Below, one piece after another: positions 12,736 to 26,228 of a DNA stretch of 64,000 bases. Numbering within the stretch: the stretch's first letter is position 1; each line of letters opens with the position of its first letter. The notes below the pieces were generated by a model. It made no database searches. It saw only the letters and a list, made by a program, of their open reading frames with translations, and was not told the DNA's origin. The position numbers and the translations under genes were made by a program. Source of the stretch: Spongospora subterranea f. sp. subterranea (taxonomy: Eukaryota); assembly GCA_049724395.1 (NCBI GenBank), contig JAUGWO010000070.1, forward strand, positions 124,001-188,000, written 5' to 3'.

Positions 12736-14188
12736 ATGGGTACAGTTTCTCGTTCAACTGACTGTGGATGCAGTCCAAAACTGGATTCATCAGATACTCT
12801 GTTAGAAATACGAGCTGGTATTGAAGAATGGAAAGCTTCTGACGTTCATTCTAATATTGAGTGTTCCAAGCGAACATGGCGCAATCGTATGTTCTCATCA
12901 AGTCAGTATGTTGCATCGCATTATTCGTGATGTCAGTAGCCGCCGAGGATATAGAGAGATGTGGAGAGGGTTTCCCCAACTCGCAATGCGGTCCTGGCAG
13001 AGTGTACGTTATCGTGTTCAACTGCTTGTCCTTATAATTCTCAAATTTCCCAACAGGTGCAATTCGATGGGTGTTTGCGTTGACGCTACAGTACCTGCTG
13101 AAACTCCCCGGACAAAACAATTTGAAATACCCCGGACAAAATATTTTGGAATTCACCGGCGGCCAGAACAAGTTGAAACTCTTCTGCAAGTACAAGTTGA
13201 AAGTCTTCTGCAAGAACAAGATGAAACTCCCCGGCAAGAACCGTCACTTTCCTCCCCATCGAACACTTCCTCGTCGAATGCAACTGTTGCCCCATGCTCC
13301 TCTCGTCAATGTAAGACTCCAGACTATGAACTGTTAGGTTTTTCTGACTTGCGTGTTATAGCAAACTTTACTCTCCAGACAATTCTCACGAAGGAAATGT
13401 TTGACGCTCTGAGGACTAATGATTCATCTTGTGAAGGACTCGCCGTCTACTCCTACGAGGCATTCATACAGGCGGCCAGCTCCTTTCCCAAATTCGGTGG
13501 TGAGGGATGTCTTGATGAGCGTAAGCGTGATATCGCTGCATTCTTTGGCAACGCTCTGCATGAATCGGGAAATTTCTGCTATATCAACGAGCTGGCGGCA
13601 TCTGTAAGACAATCAGATGTGACGGCAGAACATCGCCCTAACCTGTTTCGAATTCCTTGCAGACCCCTGCCACTTATTGCCGGGAATCGGTGGAATTCCC
13701 ATGCTATCCAGGAGCGAATTATCATGGACGAGGACCATTCCAATTATCATGGGTATATTGCGCCATCAATCTCTCCCTCCCAGTTGGTATTTATCAGAGT
13801 TCCCCAGAATTTCAACTATCTCAACTTCGGACAAACGCTATCGAAAGAACAGGCGAAGGCCATTTTCGAGACGCCAGATGCTCTATCTGTGAATGGCGAG
13901 CTATTGTTCCGATCTGCATTATGGTATTATATGGCGCCACAAGCTCCTAAAGGGGCGATGCACAATGCCATGATTGGAGAGGTGCCACGATTCGGAGAGA
14001 CCATCGACATCATAAACGGTTTATTATCAGTGCTCATAGTAATTCTCGATCAGGACGTATCTGACTGTGTTATAGGAGCTCTGGAATGCAATGGGGGAAA
14101 TCCCGCCCAGGTTCAATCTCGAATCACAAGGTACCTTCAAATGTGTGAACTCCTCGGAACTCACCCGGGAACAAACCTATCCTGTTGA
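12736..14188 (+). CDS. GH19 chitinase with N-terminal Cys-rich hevein/CBM18-like module and repetitive linker, multi-exon
   Basis: Spliced sequence gives CGEGFPNSQCGPGRVCNSMGVC, then YSYEAFIQAA..FPKF, RKRDIAAFFGNALHESG, CYINE, YHGRGPFQLSWNFNY, SALWYYM, FGETIDIINGALECNG and PGTNLSC*. The start codon is uncertain. Confidence 0.93.
13100..13241 (+). repeat. Coding 21-24 nt repeats in the chitinase linker
   Basis: GAAACTCCCCGGACAAAACAATTT / GAAATACCCCGGACAAAATATTTT and CAAGTTGAAACTCTTCTGCAAG / CAAGTTGAAAGTCTTCTGCAAG. Confidence 0.8.
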
Positions 14189-15129
14189 GCTCACGAAAGA
14201 ACAACTGCAATGTCTTAATAAACTTGACAACATTGTCGCCATCATGCGAAATCAGACTCTGCCGATGTCCTTCTAGTTAAAACGTACAATGGATGACAGA
14301 CCTCGCAATGATTTCCACGTTGGGTGGAAACCTTGTCAAGCTAGAGAGATGACCAAAGCCAGAAAGCTATAGGGATATTGGAGACCGGGCAACTTGCCTC
14401 CCAATAATGATTTTCGTGTATCCGTTTCCTCCAATGATACTTGCAACCTTTTTTGTGTACGACTGAAAGAGCGTTGTCGGGTCTACGGTTTCCTTATGGC
14501 TTTCTGGCGTCAATCCTGTCACGCCAGACAAGTCAGTTCCATTTTCCGCGATACATTGTGGTTTTCCATATTCATACACATTGTCCTGTGAATGTCCTCT
14601 TCCTCGCCAAGTCCCTCGTGGTTCCGCCAACGAGCTGGCCCAGTACGACCGTGCTCGTTATGATGACAATGATTGGGTTGCTGATCGCCCCCACCCCAAG
14701 ACAGACATGGATTATGATTAGGCAACTTACGCAAACGCCACTGCTAACCACTATTGATTTCTTGCCGACGTCGCTATGAAGTGAAATGATTGTACCGTAG
14801 TTCCGAATATTTTGGCACAAGCCGGATACTAGTTCGCTGGCCATCCTCGAGAGGAAATGGCTTCAAAGCGCACCACACCGTTCTATGACAGTCATGTCAT
14901 TGAATACGGCCTGATTTGAATCGCTCCATGGTATACGACTATCACTTCAGAGGGCTCGAAGGAATGACGACACTTGTTTCTCAACAGCGTAGAGGACTGT
15001 TAAAGCTAAAAGCAATTTAAAGTGTCGTTAGAGCGGCAGGGCATTTGCTCGAAGAGACGGATAACGCAGTCGATAAGGAAACATCTGTGCTGTCCGATCG
15101 ATAAAGCATGAGCTCAAAAATGTCAATGC

Positions 15130-15530
15130 TGTGCTCCACCACTTGGGGAGCATCGTCATCACGGCAATGGATGCAGTCAGTGCTAAGGCCATAGCGCCAA
15201 TTGCCAACAACACTGCAGGCTGTAGTGTTGAGCCTGCAGTGTTGAACTTATTGCGAAGATCGCAGCAGATTGATTTTCAAGTCCTTTGTCGGCACACGAG
15301 CGTGGAACGGCCTTTGAAGCAGGTCCTGGACCAATGTGATTTCGAGATTTGGGCACGGCTGGGGGTTCGTACAAGAACGACCTAAGCATCTACCGATGTA
15401 TTGCGGTGGGTTGGCCACAGCATTCCCAGGCCTTCTCGATTGTCACATGGGAAATGGGGCGACTGTCACAGACGTTATATTTGAAGGTACCCATCCCCCA
15501 TTGCATGAATCCAGTCAACTTCCTTCTACA
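15130..15530 (+). mobile_element. Decayed hAT-like transposase C-terminal fragment
   Basis: Across frames it reads ERPLKQVLDQCD..W..., YCGGLATAFPG / FSIVTWE / VTDVIFEG, matching the GGLATVFP.T..VESDFS.L.WEK...LTD.SLEG motif of protist hAT-like elements (recalled). Confidence 0.6.
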
Positions 15531-15866
15531 AACAAAAACTGGGTTGAATGTATTTTTGTCACCCACTTTTGATGAAAACCGCTATTTACTAGTATCACCC
15601 AATATTACCTTTCCGGATGGAGCTGTTGGCCGTTGCGCCATCAGCTCGCAATGATTTCCACCGCACAGTTGGTCATGTGGTGATTGTGCGCAAGTCGCGA
15701 TCATGTGGTGAACCTTGACTGGGACCCAGCAATTGTGCGCAAGTCGCGTTGTTACACCCTCCTGACTACAGTACCGGTTCACCACATTCCATCATTGTTG
15801 ATTGTCTGCCTGTAATTACCACTATCGCTAAGCGCCTGCCCGATTGACTATTCACGCCTTAATGTC

Positions 15867-18655
15867 ATGGAGGATTTAAAAGCGAATGTAAAGGCTGGAA
15901 CAATCAAATCGGTAATGGACGCCAGTCCAAATTTTTCTGCTCATATCCAGTAAATTTTGCTGTTAGGTGTTTACCTTGCTGCATGAGTATGCTCAGCAGT
16001 GTATCGGCGGCTCCCCCGTTTATGAATATTTGTTCAAGAACAGGCTTCATAGTGTTTCTGTCCATATACTTGGTAAAGAGTATGGGTCCGCCCAGGACGT
16101 CAACAAAAAGAAAGCCAAGTTGCTTGCCGCTGAGACCGTCTTACGTAAAGAAATTCCAGAGATTCTGCAAATGTTTCAGCACAGGCGAACTGACGCCGAT
16201 CAGGGTGATCACGCATCTCTTCAGGTTGACATTGGTCCAGGTAATTTCCTTACCGAACATCGTTTTCATCCATATTCTCGGCCTATCTCTAAAGACTCAA
16301 GACCATCACCAGTTTTGCCGATAGCAGATGTGAATATGTCGGCAATATCCGAACAAATTTTGCCTCTCATTGATAACGGGAACATCGGCAATTTTCATGA
16401 AACGCTACGCGAAATTTGTCGCTTAAAGTGCCTTCCAACGCCTGTAATAGCCCCAGTTTTTACCGAGGAAAACATATTTATTGTGAACGTTAGCGTTGGA
16501 AATCAGATAATTGGATCTGGACAGAACGAAGCAAAGAAACAAGCTGAAGACATTGCTGTTGAAAATGCTGTGCAGTTTCTTGCCCCTGAAGTCGCAACCC
16601 AACTTCGAAGGTATCAGATGGATATTTTAACAAAGCAGGTTTCTCGGTTGATCGACAACCATGAGGTTCGGACAGAATACCAGCTTTTTCAACTGTTCAT
16701 TTCGGAATGTTTTCATGCCCAAGCGGTTTTCTACGTCGATCAGGATGTCTCAGGAGACATAATTGTTAAAGTCCAAATTAACGGTGGAACTTATGGTTCG
16801 GGAGCTAGTACACATCTACAAACGGCCAAGGGTTTAGCAATACGCACTGCTATTGATAATCTCTGCCCGGATCTAGGAAAAAGACTCCGGCGTGTCCAAG
16901 GTGCGTCGTGCATTGATAGTAGTAGTTGCTCGCCTGCCGCTTTTTCATTCTCCAGTTCTATGAATCAAATACCACTTAATGCGTCGAGTCCTACTGGGTC
17001 ATTCGTCAGTTCGAACAATTTTGAGACGGTTTCTGGAGGCTACAGCCCCATTCGGAGCGCAAGACGCAATTCCAAAGTTGATGCAGGGTACCCTTACAGC
17101 GACGGTTTGCCGCTTCAGCTTGAGTCGCCTTTAAACCAGCCCGGATATTCAACCGTGCTTGGTCACTCTAGAAAAATTTCGGAAACTGTGGGATCTCCTT
17201 TTGACAGTACCACTCATATTGACAAGTGTATTGAACCCAAACCCGGCGAATTTCCCCTGGTAAAATCGGCTCCGGTTTGCGGGGATCGCAACTCGAGTGC
17301 CACCTTCGAAGACGGTGCCCAATCTGTTGCTGATGTTTTCGATTATCCAAATGCACCTTCACATATCGGCGTTCATGACAACACAAAGTTTGCCAAGTTC
17401 AGAGATGATCTGAGCGTTTCGCCTGTCGTGAGGAATCTGTTTGCAAGGGTTGAGCAAGGTGCTATTACGTCGCTTTGTGAATTATTTGCCAAGTATTTTC
17501 AGCAAGTGGAAAAAGCTACTGGCTCGTTTGAAATTAGTTGTACACCTAACGCCATGTACCGATGTCAGATATCGGTAAATGGACAGGTTCTGGGCTCAGC
17601 CGAACACGCTGTAAAGAAGCAATCCAAAACCAATGCCATTGAAACGGTGCTAAGAAGAGTCTGTCCAGTTCTTTTAGGAGCGTATAGGTCCAAGCATCCG
17701 CTGTCTGCTTCAAATCAGTTGCTTTCAATGTCTCAGGACAGACACGAGTCTCGAAGTTCCGAAGCTGGTACGTCTTACGAATTGCCACTACCCGACTTTG
17801 ATATTGCAGAACGCCAAAAGACATCTTCGTCAACATTATCTGGCCATTCACTGCAAGGCGGCCAAAGAAGCTATCATGACCAACTTGTTGCTCCCGCTCT
17901 GCAGTCGATTCCTTTCACAGAGCGGCAAGAAGAGAGGCCTTACTCTAACAGTCCACCCAGAACTCCGCTTGACGACAACACAGGCTCCCCGGTTCAAGTT
18001 ACCGACCAACAAAAGCAAAATCCGCATGATTCACTCCCAGTTCCTGCCGTTGTCCCAATCACACAACAGGTGGCCAATCTTCCCTGTAATGTCAAACTAA
18101 TTTAATGTGGGTTTCAGGCGTACTCTATGTTGCCCATCGATTCTACCAATGACCTTATAATCGCCAGCGATTTGCCCTTCCAGCTGGATTCGGGTATTAA
18201 GCATAAGACGCCTTGCCAAATTTTGTCAGACTTTCAAGCCAAAAGGTAAGCTAAAAGTTGACAGTTGAAAGCTTTATCATCTTCGGTTTAAGGTATATGA
18301 GATCACAGGTTACCAACACAGAAGCTTTCGATAACGTGCCAGTGTAGTCAGCCGAATTCCGTCCTTTCAAGGGAATATCGAAGTGTTGCTCGCCTAGGTC
18401 ACCTCCAAGTAACGGTAAGAATTGGCAAACCGAGACTTAATTAAAGACCTTGAACTTCATGTACTGCAGGCGACGGTAAATACAAGCTCGAAAATCGCGA
18501 AACATCGTGCTGCCCAAGGCATGCTCAAGATTTTATTTCCTCATCTCACATATTACATTGATGTTGTGCGACTAGTGTCTGGTAACGCAAGGGGAATTGA
18601 TATTGATCCTGCAGTTGCAGAAAGAATTTATGGTAATAGTTCTCCGTTAAGATAA
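15867..18655 (+). CDS. Five-dsRBD protein resembling DGCR8/Pasha (855 aa, 5 exons)
   Basis: Exons 15867-15911, 15967-18069, 18118-18245, 18309-18414 and 18470-18655 splice in frame. dsRBD1: KSVFTLLHEYAQQCIGGSPVYEY..YGSAQDVNKKKAKLLAAETVL..IP. Last dsRBD: TPCQILSDFQAKR..EYRSVARLGH..SKIAKHRAAQGMLKILFPHLTYYIDVVRL. Confidence 0.85.
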
Positions 18656-18685
18656 GGCATCGCTATAAATTGACTAGCATACCAA

Positions 18686-21600
18686 TTATTCATCGTCTTT
18701 ATCTTCCTCATTTGCAACGCCGGTGTTCATCTGTATGTCATTCAGATGACAGGCATCCGATCGCAGTACCGTAAATGGTATGAGATCTTCAAGAAGGCTG
18801 GGCTCAACTGATTCGCTTGCCGAGACAAACTGAAATAGGTTAAGTCCCGATATGCATGATAGACTTGTGCAAGAAACGTACATATTGAAGAAATAGGCGG
18901 ATAGAAGGAAGATGATGAGATGAAAACGAGGCCTCTCTTTGTTTCATATGAAAGACAGTATAACTGGAAAATCGCAGAAAACTTGACAAATTTTCCTGGA
19001 AAAAACTTAGATATTTGTGCAATTTTCATAACTGGTCTAACTTTCTGTTCATATTCAATATCTCGACGATGCTCAGGCCGTAGCTCAACACCATCTATCT
19101 GTACCGCTTGAATTGCGTTGGAAACGGCACGAAAACATTCAGCAATACAATGACCACTGTTACTGATTGCACCCAAGGACAAATCGAATAAGGCTGAGCT
19201 CCAAGCGTCGCACACATAGTGCAATCCGAAAAGACACGGCATCAATTGCCATATCTTCTCGTCTTCCTGCGCAAAATAGATTCAACACTGATGAAAAACA
19301 TTCCGAACTGTGGAGGACCTGAGACTGCTTCAAAGGCTTTAATGCATTTTGAAGATTGAGGTCATTGAAACCGGAGACGTCACCGGATATTTCGTGCAGA
19401 AGGTAGGAGATTGATAAATCTGGAGACAGTGAATCGATATCTCGCTTGAGATGGTGGCGATGGATCTAAAACCTGAATTGAGTGCTTCGTGACAGCAGAA
19501 AATATTGAATGGACCTGAGAAATAGCAGATGAAAGAAACCCTATCCGCGCCTGGGTTGTCTGCCTCAATGCCAAAAATAATAATTGGCGAAATTTGAGAA
19601 TGGATCCAATTTGGACGGCATGTCTATAAGGACTTGAATAAGAAGCCATTCACTAGCCCGAAGCAAGTCAGATTACCTGAATAATTCATCCAGCCCGACT
19701 AGTCGTTTGACAGCTTCCAGCCAAACAGTCGGCTGAGCCATCAGCCTGGAAACAGCGGCAAGAGTCTTCGATACAATGCCAGTAACGCGTCAGGAGATAT
19801 GAAGGTGGCACAAAGTTTTATAATTCTTACAGCGTGGTTTCGCGCCAAACACCTTTTGATTTCCAATGTGCTCTCCTGGACTTGGCCCAAAAGCCTACTT
19901 TCTAACGCCCGGACTCCATGAGGCCCAGCAAATAAGCAAAACGCCTGTAAATGCACTTTAAATTTGGGAAGATGAGTAAATTGTTTGAGGCGAACAGAAA
20001 AACCTGCAGCTCATTGCTATCCAAATAGTCATACGCAAGTGCCGATACATTGTCTGACGATGGATCAGCTGTTTTCTTTCCCTGACTCGAATACATTAAA
20101 GGATACAGAAGAAGAGGTGAACCACAGACAGACCTTAATGTTGAGGCACTTCGAGCTAGAAACAAAGGCCATGGAGGTAACAGAGTACACGACTTGCCCC
20201 AGAGACACCCATTTTGTAAAAGTAGATGCAAAGAAACGGACATACAAGCTGCCGCAAGATTGTGCATCGCACTCAGCGATAGGTTTTGTAACTGAATTGA
20301 CTTGGCCAGGGACGCTAAAACTCAATCCTTGCCCGAAATCGTTGAATTCGTCAAAAAGAACTTCTTCCGTGTGAGCATGGAACAAAAACGCGGAAATGTG
20401 ACTCGTCCATTACCTTCCTTCAACAGACCCTCAAAACCGACGTCGATATGGTTCTGAAGCTCCTGCATATATTATGTCAATGTACTATTATCGGGCTGGA
20501 TACGATATAAACCTGCAACGCCAGAAATATAATCTTGCATTTAAATCTAAATTTGCTGGGACGTTCAATTTTAGAACCGACTAAAGCAGCCCCACGAAAC
20601 GCAGTCCGGATGGCGTCCTTGATCGCATTTTGTAGATACTGCCCTGAAACAGAATTATTGATTGATGGCTGACAAAACTCTAGCATCTACCGGTCCATAG
20701 TTCCTGATCAAATATACGTATCGTCTGCCGCTCTCTGATTGCAGTGCATACATTGGCGCACGTCTGGCGTGTATATTCGATGCGACGAACACAATGGTAA
20801 ATCGGACTAGAAACCGGAAGCGAAGCGATGTTCACAGGATAACCACCCTTCAAGAAGAGATTGAGATGACAATCGATAACCAGCAAATGCAAAATACCTG
20901 TGCCGCTACTTCAATGACATCACTAAACAATACCTGGAAGGCCTTTCCAAGATGATTGCAGATTTCTTGTAAATTAGACTCCGAGCGTGACACCGACTCT
21001 ATTAAGCAAACGTATCAGTTTCCAAAGACTACACTCACAAAGACCAACAACCTGTTGCTATGACAACTTTCTCTTCAGGGCATAGTTGATGAAGAGCCTG
21101 CTTGACATATCCATAGATGGAGACGAAAACTATGCAATAACGAGGTATGTGACCTCTAGCGTGAATATTTCGAGTAAAAGCCTCCTTTATCTGTAGAGAG
21201 ACAATATCGATAAGCTTGCCCACAACGACAGCGCCAAATACCTGTTCTGGAAAGAAAAAGAGATCTGCTAAAGAACCGAACTGCCTCACCAGAGGCTGCA
21301 AGCTGTCAATGCATCGAGATCTAGAAACAAAACATGAGGTCAGTCAACTATTCCAATATGATTCAAAATTGAACCGACTGCAAGAGTGGAAAATTCATAT
21401 CAAAGTACTGCCGACCTGAAAACCAGGGTGTTGAGATGAACGATAAGGGATTTCGCAGAAGGTGTCCTGTTGCCAACTTGTGCCGACATTAAGTGGCTTG
21501 ATAACAAAAAGCAATTCATTCTAAACCCTTGCATAGTTGCTGATGTTGCAGGTAAACTGATACTACTCAGAGAACTGATCAAGTTCTGGGCATAATTTGT

Positions 21601-23326
21601 CACGTGGCCTTCCCGGCTCATCTCATCCGCGAGAGGCAAAAAATTCTGTAACGCTGTGCCACATACACAATTGGACACCAGACCTCCTAGCAAATTGTTT
21701 GAACAAATAACACGCACCTTGTCTGAACAGAAGAGTATAATAATCTGCAACAGTCTGCGATTGCTGATCTGCTAAAACTGAGAGTTGGTCGATTAGAAAC
21801 AACAACTCGCTGATGTAATCATCATCAAAATGTTCTTCTATTGCCCATTTCCTCCAATCCTTGTTTAAAGCTGTCCGAGCCTTGAATATGGGAGAAGTAC
21901 CTAAGTAGTCTAACGTTATACCTTCACAACGACGGAACCCGCATACCATAAAACCTCCTGTCGGCAAAGTGAAATAGCAGCAAGAACAATAGGCAGTTTG
22001 GGGGACATCAAACTGGGAATTTCGTGAAGCATGGAGGATAGAACGGAAGTTTGCGCTCTGAGGAACCGGCGGGCTTCTGTGTGTTCAGCAACAGAATCGT
22101 TGATGGCATAAATATGAGCTCCTTTTGCAATCTAAAAAATCAAAACAAATTTCTATATATAATTGAACCGTACTTCTTTGAATTTTGCAAGCCTCAGTTT
22201 TTTAGACAATGGGGACGCGAGCAACGCCGAATATTGCTCGTGAATATTAAGGAACACATTTCTGAAAATCGGAATAACGAGACCAAACTGGAGCGCAACC
22301 CGAATCATGTCGCGAATTTCGTCCTTTTCCAACGCACTTGGGCAAACGAGAAACCCATAAAGAATCCATAAACGGTATCGAGGAAGATATTGCAGTGTAA
22401 AATCCACTTCAGAACTGCATATAAATCAATAAAAAGTGGCTATTTCAAATAAACGACATACGTTGAAAGTTTCGAGAGACGTTCAGGGTTGTCAAACAGG
22501 TTGAGATATCCCTTATCGCAAACAGTCTTGCACAGTCCATTTTCCGTAAATTGCTGTCCGGTTGCAAGCAAAGTGTGAACTACGCGATGAGAGAGTTGTT
22601 CACATTCGTCTTGGAGTTGCCGTATTGGGTTTGTGAAATCTACCAAAAACTTCGAGACCCTGTGGACGATCAGTTCATTATCGTAATTCGACGAGCAGCA
22701 TTACTGAAGATATTACTTTTGATAACTAGCTTCGTAAGTCGATTGTGTGAAATAATACGCGTATGCAAAAATAATCGTGAACTCTTTACGGTCATCAAGC
22801 CTGTCTACGAGGAGAAGGAGCTGTATCGTGCCAGTTAATAATTCCAAAAACCAAATAGTTAGGTCCCTGGCAACATCAAACTATCAATCAGAAATAAGAT
22901 GCTGGTGCATATACTGGCAGGCAATGTAAAACCGACGGTGAGATCGAGCAAGTCCCCAGCAACGTCATGGAGCAACTTGAGGCTTTCCTCTTTGACGCGA
23001 ACAATGTCCACGAGTGTGTAATAATAAGATGCCAGGGAATCGTGTATCTCTGACGAGTGCTGCTTAAAATAATTATAGGATGGACCCTAGAGAGCTTATT
23101 TGAGGCACAAGAACCAGGTCTGCGTCATGGCGCTACGGAACCACATTACCTTCTCTATAGCGCTTGCTGAAAAATCTGGAAACTTTTTTACGAATTTCTG
23201 GCAGATTTTATCGATACTACTATCAAGGACGGCAGGCCTCTTGAAAGATAAGAGAAAATGTGCTCTGACCATCAAACCAGTGCATGCGTCATTTAGCGCA
23301 AATAGACGCTCAACCACTCTTGACAT
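18686..23326 (-). CDS. NCKAP1: WAVE/SCAR complex subunit Nap1/Hem (NCKAP1), many exons
   Basis: N-terminus VERLFALNDACTGLMVRAH...KFVKKFPDF, WILYGFLVCP..L..ALQFGLVIPIFRN, DDYISELLFLI, C-terminus LLEDLIPFTVLRS. Confidence 0.88.
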
Positions 23327-24170
23327 CGCCCTCAAGCAAAATCTGACTGTGAATTATGGATAATTCGGGCGCTTCGAAACATTCAGAGACAGTTATGCAT
23401 GATTGATCGGCGAAAGAGGATAATAATACAAAGCGGATAGCAATGTGGCTGTAGCGGTATAAGGCATGTACACATGGTGACAGAGGCATGGGGTCGTGAC
23501 TCGCCTCGTGTCTCGGGACATTGCAGACAACCAGCCGGGACTGGCATTCCATTTCCCACCACTGTTTTTTGCTTGCCGACGGAATCTTCGCATTGTGCAT
23601 CATGACATTTTCAGGCACTCATTTTTATTGTCGTTGAATTTTGTTTTTGCTGTTTTGTACTGTGATTTGTTGTAGTTCCAATGCAAAGACAGAGCAATGC
23701 CAAACCAACATCTGAACACAATTTTCGCACACAGCCATCAGGGGTAAATCGTGCAGCGCCGCGATGCCGCTGCAGCTTCTCTGCCAAACACGGTTGTTGA
23801 ATCATCCTGGGTTGAGACACATCACGGTCGACACGTTGAGGACGCGCAGTGATCGGTGTAGAGTGTGTAACATCGCAACAGGTGATCTCCTTATTCAACT
23901 CGTCTCACTTGTCTTACGGCTCTTCCCTGCATTCCCAAGGGTCCCTCCACTCCATTGCTATTGTCGTCTGCCCACACCACTCTATGGCTCTGTGCTCGTT
24001 TGCTCTCCTTCTCTCGTACTGGGCATAATCCTGTTCTCTGTACAACGAATCGACCTCGAATCGATTATCGTCCTCCCACCATCCCGTGCACTGACGCGAC
24101 TTGTTTCATGGAATCGCAATCTGGGCTGAGCCAGTTTAGTCGCTAATTGAATACCTTCTGGGATCAGGTG

Positions 24171-26183
24171 ATGTCTTCCCGATATGCTCACGTAAAAAGC
24201 TCGAGAAAGGGCCGCGACATCTCAGTCCTTGGCAACGATTGGCTTATTGTGTCGTCGCTTAGAACAGCAAATCCAACTCCTCCACCTTCGCTACCTCCTT
24301 CTCGTGTTGTGTCTGGCAAATCGCGACTAGCCTGGACAAAGCGGCCTGGATCAGCTAACCCACCTTATGCGAAGCCACCTAGAGAGGAAGGTGTTAATGT
24401 AAATATCGTTCCCAATGATGGAATTGTGGTTAGCGTAGATCCACAGCGTCCCGGCTGCCCAATTGTCTTCAGATATTCTGCTGCCAGGGAAACTAATCCT
24501 GAAAGGCTTAACCTAAATAAGCGTGGCCTTTCAATGTGCCCCATATTACAAGACGAGGGCCGTCTTCGTTTGCTGAATATGGAAAACAATTCTATCACAC
24601 AAATTACAAACCTGTACACGCTACCGAATCTAATTTTTCTCGATCTCTACAACAACCAGATCAGCCATATTTCCGGACTGGAATGTTTAACCACGCTTCG
24701 TGTGCTAATGCTAGGGAAAAACATGATAAAAAAAATCGAAAATCTATCCACACTTCACAAATTAGATGTGCTTGATTTACACTCGAACGAGATTGAGGAC
24801 ATTTCTGGTTTGGATTCTTTGCGCGATCTGCGTGTGTAAGTCGTATCCAATCAGTTATTATTGTCTGCTTCTCGTTAAAATCTCTTTGCCTATAGTCTGA
24901 ATTTGGCGGGAAATGCAATCAAACATGTTGTTAATGTATCGCGTTTATCATCGTTGACGGAGCTCAATCTCAGGAAGAATCAGATACAATCACTTGATAG
25001 TGATCTTCTATCTTTACCATCGCTTTCGAGAATATTTCTCTCTCACAACAAAATTGCCTCGTTCTCGTCAGTCGAGCCCCTAATTGGTGTTTCGGCCCTT
25101 TCAGAGCTTTCTTTGGACGGCAATCCTGTAGCAGACGAGTTGAATTACCGGCAGATGACGTTGAACCAGCTGCTGCTCCTAAAAAGTTCTCGATGGTAGA
25201 CGCATTGGGCAGGATGAAAGAAAAGCCGTCATGACGACACGACTTTTGCGATCATCTCAACATTCGCAATGCCGCATCGAGCTTATTCAGTCAGATGCTA
25301 TGCTATCTCTGCCTGTCTCGGAGAACGTACCAGCTATGAGCGTTTCCAGACAAGCAGCTGTAGCTTCGGCCCCATCAGGACGCCTAGATGCGATTCAATC
25401 GGTAATAATGGGTTGGACAAATCGATCGCGGCAAGATTCGCAAACTTGTTTTTTGCCCACATACCACGAGTTTTTGAACAAGAAAACTGAACTTTATCTC
25501 TATGGACCGTGTTTGGATGTTTTGGTTTCAGGGCGATACCTTGGGCTTTTGTCCGTTTCTTTCCACTACATCGATTTCAATGAAATTGCCTCGTATTTTA
25601 TGCCGATTCGCGATTCTATCCCACAGCTGAAGCGGTTTTCCTTTCAAGAAAATGATATCCATACATATTATCAGGTTAGTTCAACCAATTGAGATTTTCC
25701 AATTGATGCTGATGCTTTCCTTGTTAGATTGACACACTTTCGGTCTTTTATGGTCTTTGTGAAATGGAGATTCTATCCAACCCACTCAATGATTCGCTTC
25801 CTGATTACAGAATGTATCTGATTTTTCGGGTACCTTCTTTGCAACATATCAATTCTGTTGCTGTAGACGCCGATGAAAGATCGAAAGCTTTGTTGTTATT
25901 TGAACCGCTAAAGCAATTATGGAAAACAGAGAGTATCAGAAAAACAAGAGGATTCTGCCAGCCGACTATGATTATGCCCAGGAATATGTACGGAGGGCTT
26001 CGTCGGTCTCCGCTGTGCCTCGACGTTTTGGGCATCGGGCAACCGTTAGCCAGAAGGCCACGTTGTCCATTTGGTGCAGTCATTGAGACAACAAAAAGGC
26101 GTTGTCAGGCTATAAATTTGATGGATACTTTGTGGCCTTCAATGGTCGAAACTTTGATTAAAAGGTCAATACCCAGACATTAG
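24171..26183 (+). CDS. LRRC49: Leucine-rich repeat protein LRRC49-like (centriolar/ciliary), multi-exon, apparent frameshift at 25181-25185
   Basis: PERLNLNKRGLSMCPIL..EGRLRLLNMENNSI..LIFLDLYNNQI..LRVLMLGKNMIKKIENL..LDVLDLHSNEI follows LRRC49 repeat by repeat. The C-terminal LYLYG..L and NP...YRMYLIFRVPSLQHIN region also fits. Confidence 0.85.
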
Positions 26184-26228
26184 CACCCTCTGACCACAAC
26201 AACATTTACTATGCAATTAAATTATATA

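Noticed and set aside
23590..24010. Ty3/gypsy RNase H remnant (TLYTDH on the minus strand)
   Set aside because: A single short motif without the flanking conserved blocks.
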